Source of the DNA: Polyangiales bacterium | Lineage (GTDB): Bacteria > Myxococcota_A > Polyangia > Polyangiales > Ga0077539 | Assembly: GCA_044229975.1 (NCBI GenBank) | Contig: JBGARZ010000013.1 | Coordinates: forward strand, 64,001 to 128,000 | Length of the DNA: 64,000 nt | Direction: 5' to 3' | In this document: one piece after another, positions 9,823 to 17,181 of the stretch | Numbering within the stretch: the stretch's first letter is position 1 | Layout of the letters: every line of letters begins with the position of its first letter | Made by a program: the position numbers and the translations under genes | Notes under the pieces: model-generated | Told to the model about the DNA's origin: nothing | Database searches by the model: none | The model's input: the letters and a program-made list of their open reading frames with translations, nothing else

Positions 9823-10461
9823 TCAGACAGACGTCTTTGGGTGGAACAAGAGTGCGAGGTAGTTCTTGAGATGGGCGAGCGCGTCGAGCAGCGGCGTGCG
9901 GTCGCCTTGTGCCTTGGAGAGCACGAAGCCGCCCTGCACCACCGTCTGCGTGTAGAGCGCGAGGCTCTCCGCCGTCACCGGCACGCGCGTCCCGTGTTGT
10001 TCGATGGCCGCGCGGAAGTCGTCGACGAGGCGCTCGGCGTGGGCGTTGATGGTCGCGCCGCACGCGGCACGGATGGGATCGGACGTCGCGAAGGTCTCCT
10101 GCACGGTCGTCCCGACAAAGCAGGTAAACGCCTCCAGGGGCCCATCGGCGATGGCCGCCCGGAAGTCGAGATAGCCGTTGATGCGGTCGAGCGCGTCGGC
10201 GTGATCGTGGTAGCCCGCGTTGGCGAACAGCGGTGACGTGACGGTATTCCAATACTCAGCCGCCGCGACGCCGAGCTCTTCCTTCGACGCGAAGTGATGA
10301 AAGAAGGCCCCTTTGGTCACGCCGACCGCCTTGCAGAGCTGGTCGATGCTCGTCGCGGCCCACCCCTGCTTGCGAACCAGCGACAGCGTGGCGTCGAGCA
10401 GCGCCGTGCGGGCGTCACCACGCAGCGGCGGCTTGGGCTTTTTCGTCGCGGCCTTCGCCAT
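9823..10461 (-). CDS. TetR/AcrR family regulator (NemR-like)
   Basis: HTH with GVTKGAFFHHFASKEEL; TCFVGT in the C-domain. Confidence 0.92.
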   Translation of the reverse strand: MAKAATKKPKPPLRGDARTALLDATLSLVRKQGWAATSIDQLCKAVGVTKGAFFHHFASKEELGVAAAEYWNTVTSPLFANAGYHDHADALDRINGYLDFRAAIADGPLEAFTCFVGTTVQETFATSDPIRAACGATINAHAERLVDDFRAAIEQHGTRVPVTAESLALYTQTVVQGGFVLSKAQGDRTPLLDALAHLKNYLALLFHPKTSV

Positions 10462-10469
10462 GGACGGAG

Positions 10470-10497
10470 CACATACCAACCGGTCGGTATGCGTCAA
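10470..10497 (-). promoter_or_regulatory. Promoter (TTGACG-N16-TATGTG) overlapped by the palindromic operator CATACCAACCGGTCGGTATG (10472-10491)
   Basis: Near-perfect 20-bp palindrome 10 bp upstream of the TetR ATG. Confidence 0.7.
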
Positions 10498-10542
10498 GTC
10501 TTCGGTGGAATTTGCCGAAGCGGCCCGCTGTTTCTGCGGTTG

Positions 10543-11667
10543 TTACGGCGGGGCGGGCGCCGGGCAGCCGAAGGCCGCGACGAGCCGGGAGCCGCCGGTC
10601 GCGTCGGTGACCCGGTTGCACGTCTGTCCGTAGAAGCGGATTTCGCGGTGCGTGTCGTCGGTCCAGTCCCAGCCGTCGCGATGGCTCGGGTCGAGAACGA
10701 GGCTCGCGCCGTCGAGGCGCAGGTCGACGAGCGTCGGGTCGGTCGGCGCGGCGTCGAGGGCGAAGCGGCAATCGGCGATGCCCGAGGTGATGGTGCTGAG
10801 CTCGCGCACGAGGTCGTCGCCCGTGTTGGCGGCGTAGAACCGCGGTGACGTCGCGCGCGCCCGGCCTCCCTCGTCGGCCATCGCGTCGAGGATGGCGGTG
10901 TAGGCCTCGGCGCCGTTGAGCCCGAGCACATACGTGAAGATCCCCTGCTGACGAAACGTGCGGATCGTCGCGATGGTGCGGGTGTCGTCGAGACAGTTGA
11001 TGGCGGCGGAGGGGTTTCTCCGCGGGTCGCACGTGACCGACCCCGAGGTGCAGCGACACGTTGCCGGGTCGAGCGCGGTGTTGCAGTTGGGGGCGCCGTC
11101 GGTCGCCAGGATGATGTACCGCTCGCCCTCGCGATCGGGGTTGTTGACGAACCATCGCCCCGCCACCTCCTCGGCGCCCGCCGTGGGCGTCGGCCCCGAG
11201 GGCTGCGTGGCGAACAGGCGACCCATGATGGCCCGCGCGGCGCCGAGGCGCGGCTCCAGGTCGAGGGTGGTGCGGAGCGCGCAGGTCCCCGCCGCGTTGG
11301 ACTGCGGGAAGGTGACGAGTCCGAGGGAGACGTTCTGCTCGATGCGGGGCAGCGCGCGCTCCAACGCGGTGAGCAGGGCGCCCTACTTGCGAACGCCGTC
11401 GAGGGTGTTGTCGTTCATGCTGCCGGAGCGGTCGACGACCAGGATGGCGCTCGCCCGGCGACGCGTGAGCGACATCGCCGTGCCCCCGCACGTGGGCATC
11501 TCGCGCAGCGGAATCGCGTCGCGGACGCTCGTCACGAAGCGCTCATCGATGCCGCTGTCGAAGCCGAAGTCGCCCAGGGTCGGCGGTCGCGACTCGCCCG
11601 AACAGGCGAGCGCGGCCGCGGCGAGCACAGCGACGAGGTCAGCGCGACGCGGTCGAGTGCACACCAT
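10543..11667 (-). pseudogene. VWA-domain lipoprotein interrupted by one in-frame TAG (11383-11385)
   Basis: Lipobox ALAC, MIDAS DRSGSM, then K*GALLTAL in frame with the TPT and LATDGAPNC motifs. Confidence 0.8.
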
Positions 11668-11757
11668 CGGTCGACGATACCCCAAGGCGGGTCAGCGCAT
11701 GGTGATGAGGCCGTTGCCGACAGCACCTTCCGCGCGCTCGTGCGTCGGAGGGGACCG

Positions 11758-12198
11758 ATGCCTACCTCACTGCTGCCTTGCTCTGGTTGTCGCCGTCACG
11801 TCTGGTCGACGGAGGCAGCGTGTCCGTTCTGCCGGTGCGCGCTCGGAGACCGGTCGAACGTGCCCGTTGTGCCCGAACCCCCGCGGCGCATGGGCCGGGC
11901 GGAGCTGTTCGCCTTCACGGCGGCGTTCTTGAGCGCGTGTCAGACGGGGACGGCGCCGCAGGACGCGCCTGATCCAGCGGACGTCGGCGTCGTCCGAGCG
12001 ACCGACGCAGGAACAACCGCAGACATCGCGACGCCACCGGTCGACGCGGGCACGGCCGACGTCACGGACGCGGCGGTGTTGCCGTGCGACGTCGTGGCGC
12101 CCGACGCGAGTCGACCGCGCCGGGTGCGGCACCACCCTCGCCCGCGGTTGCCCCCGATGCTCCCGCAGCCCTGCTACGGCATGCCCTTCGACGATTGA
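11758..12198 (+). CDS. Myxobacterial hypothetical protein: N-terminal CxxCxRH...CPFC zinc ribbon, internal lipobox-like LSAC, C-terminal YGxP
   Basis: PCSGCRRHV...CPFC; ends PCYGMPFDD. Confidence 0.65.
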   Translation: MPTSLLPCSGCRRHVWSTEAACPFCRCALGDRSNVPVVPEPPRRMGRAELFAFTAAFLSACQTGTAPQDAPDPADVGVVRATDAGTTADIATPPVDAGTADVTDAAVLPCDVVAPDASRPRRVRHHPRPRLPPMLPQPCYGMPFDD

Positions 12199-12396
12199 TC
12201 GTCGGGCGGGGACGACGTTGGACGCCGGCATCGCAGCCGCGGCAGGGCCATGAGGTCGCCGCCGTGGCGACACGGCTTGCGGCTCGGCGTGTGGTGCATC
12301 GTCGCGGGCAACGCGACGACCTGAACGTCCATCAACTCAGGCTGAGTCCTCACTGGGCGCGCGCGGCGAAGCGACGACGCCGGGCGACCATGGGGA

Positions 12397-12600
12397 ATGA
12401 CTCTTTCGTCGGTCCCGGCCTCGTCCCGGGTGCTCGTGGCGGGTGCACGTGTCTGCGGTCTCGGAACAGCGTGGCGGCTCGCGCAGGCGGGCACATCTGC
12501 GTCGGAGACGATGGCCCTCGCGCGCCGACGCCTCGACGCCGAGCTGGTTCTCTTCCGCGCGGACGATGCGGTGAGCGAGCGCTCGGACTTCGGGGCGGGC
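12397..12600 (+). pseudogene. Remnant of a FAD-dependent oxidoreductase N-terminus
   Basis: RVLVAGARVCGLGTAWRLAQAG is a GxGxxG fingerprint with G>R; similarity ends soon after. Confidence 0.5.
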
Positions 12601-12649
12601 ATCTACCGTCGCGTCGGTCATCGAGGCGCACCTCGACGCCGGCGCGGGT

Positions 12650-13429
12650 TCAGCGCGGGAGGCCGACCACGCTCGTCAGGTACATCGGGCGCCACGGGAT
12701 GCGCGTGCGCTCCACGCGGAAGCGGTAGTCGTCGCGCTGGAGGGGGGCGACTAGCACCTCCAGCTCGGCGACGGAGTAGGCGCGCAGGCACGACGCGAAG
12801 CCGTCCCAGGTGATGGCCGCGGGGAGCACGGGCACCGCGTAGGTGAGCGCGAGCGCGGCGGCGCGGGCAGGTCGCACGAAGGCGGAGAGGGCATAGACGG
12901 TGAGGGGAAGACCCGCGACGATGACGGCGCCCTGCGCGCTGCGCTCGACGACCTCGAAGGTCACGATGGGCTGGCGCTGCTGGGCGGCGTCGGCGAACAC
13001 CGCGCGAGCGACCGCGGGCGGCAGGTGGTGCAGGGCGTTGAAGAGGGTGCGAACACCGGTAAGGTCGGCGGGCACCGCGGAGGCGTCGGTGGGGGTGCGG
13101 CGACCGCGGGCGCGACCGGGGAGGTCGGACTCGGCGCGCGCGAAAGCATCGGCGTTGGGGTAGAGGTCGGTGAGCACGGCGGAGACGTCGCGGCCGTGGT
13201 GGTCACGCAGGCGGCGCACGAGGGAGACGACGGGGCCGCCGCCGCCGGAGCAGAGGTCGACGAGGCGGTCGGTGCCCGCGGCGTCCATCGCTTCGACGAC
13301 GAGCGGCGCCGCGGCGGCGGAGACGTTGAGGGCCTCCGAGGCGACGCGAAGAAAGCCGGTCATGGCGTCCCGCAACGGGACCGGAAACCAGGGGTAGTCC
13401 TCGAGTTCGGCGGCGGCGATGCGGGGCAT
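12650..13429 (-). CDS. Class I SAM-dependent methyltransferase-like protein
   Basis: LVDLCSGGGGP, LTDLYPN, FNALHHL, WDGFASCLRAYS. Confidence 0.82.
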   Translation of the reverse strand: MPRIAAAELEDYPWFPVPLRDAMTGFLRVASEALNVSAAAAPLVVEAMDAAGTDRLVDLCSGGGGPVVSLVRRLRDHHGRDVSAVLTDLYPNADAFARAESDLPGRARGRRTPTDASAVPADLTGVRTLFNALHHLPPAVARAVFADAAQQRQPIVTFEVVERSAQGAVIVAGLPLTVYALSAFVRPARAAALALTYAVPVLPAAITWDGFASCLRAYSVAELEVLVAPLQRDDYRFRVERTRIPWRPMYLTSVVGLPR

Positions 13430-13554
13430 TGGGGTGGTGGGAGGGTATCGCCGTCGGGACGATCGCGAGGAGTGGTTCGCATCGTTCCAAGCCACCGACC
13501 GGGTAGCGCGTTGGAGTACCGCGTCTGTTCAAGATGGTCTGTACACTCGTGATC

Positions 13555-13959
13555 ATGGCCCGACGCTCCTCCTCTCTCCCATTGAGCGAACTCCGCGGCC
13601 GCTTGAGTGGATTGGTGCGGAACACCGACCGCCTCGGCGAGGTCGCCCTCACGGCGCGCGAAGAAGTGCATACCTGCCGTGTGTCGCCCGAGCGAATCGC
13701 ACGCATGGAGACACCCGCTGCGAACCGACCGCGACCCGTCAAAGGTACCCTCCAACTCAGGAGTGACCTCGACGAGGGAAGTCGCGACGCCACGACGGCC
13801 TGGAAGGCATCGGCTGGAACTCTGTCGCGATTGGAAAAGCGCACGTGCTTGCGGGGCAACCCGGAGTCGATCGTGCATTGCGACTGGTCGGCAGAATGGA
13901 AGCCCGCTCTTTGCTCTACCTCGCCCGTTGAGGGCCCGCGTCGGCGAAAGCGTCGCTGA
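13555..13959 (+). CDS. Phd/YefM-like antitoxin, orphan and possibly degenerate
   Basis: LSELRGRLSGLV...GEVALT; upstream TGTTCA/TGTACA hexamers and -10 TACACT. Confidence 0.45.
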   Translation: MARRSSSLPLSELRGRLSGLVRNTDRLGEVALTAREEVHTCRVSPERIARMETPAANRPRPVKGTLQLRSDLDEGSRDATTAWKASAGTLSRLEKRTCLRGNPESIVHCDWSAEWKPALCSTSPVEGPRRRKRR

Positions 13960-13977
13960 CTCGTGTACCCTCGCGTC

Positions 13978-14493
13978 GTGCGTCACACGCTTCGCGCCGC
14001 CCTCCTCGCGCTGATGTTCGCCGCTGGACCGGCCTGCGTCCCGCAGGGCACCGGCATCCGCGTCTACGAAGACCCCTTCGCCGGACGGACGCGAGCGTTC
14101 GTGGTTCATCTCGACGGCGGGCACCTCACCTCCGTGGGCGCCACGCACACGCGCTCGACCACGAAGCTGGAGGTCACCCTCTCCGACCCGAGCGTGGTGC
14201 GGCGGTCGGTCCCCGCGGAGACGGCGGTGGCGTTTCGACTGGGAGAGCAGACCCTCTCGCTGACGACCGAGGCCGAGGCAGTGCCCGTGATCGGCGCGAG
14301 CCGGGACAACGGCACCATCACGCAGTGGCATCTCGCTCTGTCGCTGACCCCTGAGCAGGCGGCGCGCTTCGGGGCCGCGCCGTTGCGTTCGTTCAGCCTG
14401 GAGATCGGTGGCTTTCCGCATCAGGTGACGGTGCCCGAGAGCCACGCGCAGACCCTGCAACAGAACATGCGGGCCGTGCTCGCCAGCGACTGA
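13978..14493 (+). CDS. Hypothetical lipoprotein
   Basis: Hydrophobic signal ending GPAC; start approximate. Confidence 0.6.
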   Translation: MRHTLRAALLALMFAAGPACVPQGTGIRVYEDPFAGRTRAFVVHLDGGHLTSVGATHTRSTTKLEVTLSDPSVVRRSVPAETAVAFRLGEQTLSLTTEAEAVPVIGASRDNGTITQWHLALSLTPEQAARFGAAPLRSFSLEIGGFPHQVTVPESHAQTLQQNMRAVLASD

Positions 14494-14590
14494 GCGGCAC
14501 CGCGATCCACCGTGGCGCCCGCGCGTCGGTCGGCGCGTCGACGCCTCGCGCCATGGGCCCGCGCGGCCTCCATGGCGCGCCCGTCACAGC

Positions 14591-14606
14591 TGGCATCTGC
14601 CTTGCG
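14591..14606 (+). promoter_or_regulatory. Sigma54 promoter TGGCAT-CTGCC-TTGCG
   Basis: GG-N10-GC spacing, near-consensus, upstream of a four-gene operon. Confidence 0.7.
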
Positions 14607-14643
14607 CTGGCGCCTCACGATGCCTTCGTTGGAGAGACAGGCG

Positions 14644-14721
14644 ATGACCCAGCCACCCCGAGACGGCCTCCGACCTCCGACCTCCGCGCCTGACCTTCCG
14701 CGCCGATGGGAGGCGTCGTGA
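14644..14721 (+). CDS. Possible 25-aa leader peptide MTQPPRDGLRPPTSAPDLPRRWEAS
   Basis: GGAGAG 8 nt before the ATG; stop overlaps the next GTG. Confidence 0.3.
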   Translation: MTQPPRDGLRPPTSAPDLPRRWEAS

Positions 14722-15818
14722 GCACCTCCATCCGCTGGCTCGAAGGCCCCTCCATCGACGTCCCGTTCTACATGGGCGCGGCCCTCGCGGGCTGGGCGAT
14801 GCTGCTGCTCCACGTCGTCGTCGGCGTGCCCGCGTTTCACCTCTACTGGTTCTGGATCCTCTTCCTCGATGGTCCACACCTCTGGGCCACCATCTCGCGC
14901 ACCTACCTCGATCGCGAAGAGCGTCGCACCCGCGGCCCGCTCTTCATCGGCGCCTTCGCGTGGGCGCTGCTCCCCATCGCCACGCTCGCCTGGGGTCACG
15001 TCACCGGCAACCGCGTGCCCTTCGCGCTCTTCCTCGTCTTCGCGCAGCTCTGGGCGTACTGGCACGTCGTCCGGCAGCACTACGGCTTCCTCTCGCTCTA
15101 CCAGCGCAAGGGCGGTCAACCCGCCGGCGCGCAGAACCCCTTCGACGCCGCCGTCTTCTACGTCGTGATGCTCGCGCCCTTCGCGTCGTGGGCGCTGCGG
15201 CACCCGACCGCGCGCACCAGCCTCGGCCTCGGTCCCGCCCTCGGCACCGTCGAGCGCGGGCTCGTGTGGTCGCTCGGCGCCCTCATCGCCGCGGCCGTCG
15301 TCGCCTACGTCGTGAAGGAGCTGCGCCGCCGCAAGACCATCAACTTCGGCAAGAACCTCTTCCTCGCCTCCTGCGTCCCGCTGCACCTCGCCGTGCTGCT
15401 GCACCCCACGTGGTCGCTCCGCATCGAGCTCGTCGCCCTCGCCGTGATCGTGACCAGCTTCCACAACATCCAGTACAACGCGATCGTGTGGTGCTTCGGA
15501 CGACGCCGCTACGGACGCGACCCGCAGGGCGAGACCTACGGCCTGGCCGCGCGCCTCTTCCGCAACCCCATCGCGTGGTACGCGATCGGCGCCGCGCTCG
15601 CCGTCGTGATGCGATACGCGAGCTGGTCCTTCGACGGCCGCTACTGGCCGCTCACGCCGCACACCCACGCTCGCACCGGGGTCTTCTCGGCCGCCGAGTA
15701 CATCAACGCCCTGTGGTGGGTCGTCGCGATGCACCACTACTATCTCGACCAGAAGATCTGGCGCGTCAGCCGTGACGCCGGGGTGCGCTCCGGGCTCGGC
15801 CTCGCGCCCGCGCCATGA
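14718..15818 (+). CDS. Polytopic membrane protein with four His-containing motifs, probable metalloenzyme
   Basis: DGPHLWAT, WHVVRQHYG, FHNIQY, HHYYLDQKIW; many TM helices; GGAGG RBS. Confidence 0.7.
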   Translation: MSTSIRWLEGPSIDVPFYMGAALAGWAMLLLHVVVGVPAFHLYWFWILFLDGPHLWATISRTYLDREERRTRGPLFIGAFAWALLPIATLAWGHVTGNRVPFALFLVFAQLWAYWHVVRQHYGFLSLYQRKGGQPAGAQNPFDAAVFYVVMLAPFASWALRHPTARTSLGLGPALGTVERGLVWSLGALIAAAVVAYVVKELRRRKTINFGKNLFLASCVPLHLAVLLHPTWSLRIELVALAVIVTSFHNIQYNAIVWCFGRRRYGRDPQGETYGLAARLFRNPIAWYAIGAALAVVMRYASWSFDGRYWPLTPHTHARTGVFSAAEYINALWWVVAMHHYYLDQKIWRVSRDAGVRSGLGLAPAP

Positions 15819-15837
15819 AGACCCCGATGGAGACCCC

Positions 15838-17181
15838 GTGAAGCTGTCCGAGCACCTCAGCGGGTTTCGCGCCGCGAAGTCCCAGAGCCGCGCCCTCGAC
15901 CCGGCGCTCCCGCAGCTCGCGCGGTCGCCCGTCGCCAACCTCTGGACCTTCCGTCAAAACGCCCTCGATCTCCTGCGCGCCGCATCCGCGGTGGGCGACA
16001 CCGTGCGCGTCGACCTGCTCTACAAGCCGACGGTGTTCGTTCAGCACCCCGACGCGGTGCGCGAGATCTTCGAGCAGCCCGACGTGTGGAAGCGCGGCGA
16101 GGGCCTCGTGCCGCTCATCGGCCGCAACGTGCTCACCACCAACGGCGACGAGTGGCTCTTCAACCGCCAGATGGTGCAGCCGTCGTTTCACCCGCAGATG
16201 ACCGCGCGGGCGAGCACCGCGTTCGCGCGTGACGCAGCGGGAGCCATCGAGTCGTGGAAGGCCCACGCGCGCTCGGACGCGCCCTTCGACGTGGCCCGGC
16301 ACGCGGTGCGTCTCTTCGCGAAGTGGGCGACGCCGCAGTTCGGGTTTCAGCTCACCGACGACGAGGCCGACCGCTACCCCGACGCGCTCCTGCGCTTGCA
16401 GCGCTGGGGCTTTCGTCAGGTCGCGGGCGGCACCACGTCGTCGGCCCAGGCCACCGAAGACCTCGCGCTCCTCGACGGCATCATCACCCGCGCGCTCGCC
16501 ACCCCCGCCACGCCGGGCGAGCCGCCGACCTACCTCGAACGCTTCCGCCAGGACCACGACATCGACCGCGCCCGCGTCCGCGACAGCCTGATGCTCGCGC
16601 TCATCGCGTCGGCCGACAATCCGCCCAACGTGTTCGCGTACACGACGTGGCTGCTCGCGCGAAACCCCGCCCAGCAGGACGCAGCGCGCGCCGAGATCGC
16701 CTCTGTCCTCGGTAGCGAAGCGCCCACCGTCGACGCCCTCGACCGCCTGCCGCTGCTCGAACGCGTCGTGCAGGAGTCCATGCGCGTCCTGCCTGCCGTG
16801 TGGTTTCTCGCGCGCATCGCGCAGACCAACACGGTGCTCCGCGGCTACCGCATCCCCGAAGGAACCATGGCCTTCCCCTCCCCCTACTTCGTGCACCGCC
16901 ACGCCTCGACGTGGGACGCGCCGGAGGTGTTCCGCCCCGACCGCTTCCTCCCCGCCGAGGTCGAGAAGCGATCGCGCTACGCCTATCTCCCCTTTGGCTC
17001 AGGGCCCCGCATGTGCGTCGGCGCGCGGCTCTCGACGCTGGAGATCCGCATGCTGCTGGTGCTCTTCCTCCAGCGCTTTCGCGCGCTGCCGGTGAGCGAC
17101 GAGCCGCTGCCCCTCGAAGGCTTCTTCGCGCTGCGCTCTCGCCATGGCGTCCCCGTCCGACTCGCCACGGTAGACGCCTGA
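15838..17181 (+). CDS. Cytochrome P450
   Basis: ESMR (ExxR), FRPDRF, PFGSGPRMCVG; atypical I-helix ASADNPP. Confidence 0.95.
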   Translation: MKLSEHLSGFRAAKSQSRALDPALPQLARSPVANLWTFRQNALDLLRAASAVGDTVRVDLLYKPTVFVQHPDAVREIFEQPDVWKRGEGLVPLIGRNVLTTNGDEWLFNRQMVQPSFHPQMTARASTAFARDAAGAIESWKAHARSDAPFDVARHAVRLFAKWATPQFGFQLTDDEADRYPDALLRLQRWGFRQVAGGTTSSAQATEDLALLDGIITRALATPATPGEPPTYLERFRQDHDIDRARVRDSLMLALIASADNPPNVFAYTTWLLARNPAQQDAARAEIASVLGSEAPTVDALDRLPLLERVVQESMRVLPAVWFLARIAQTNTVLRGYRIPEGTMAFPSPYFVHRHASTWDAPEVFRPDRFLPAEVEKRSRYAYLPFGSGPRMCVGARLSTLEIRMLLVLFLQRFRALPVSDEPLPLEGFFALRSRHGVPVRLATVDA

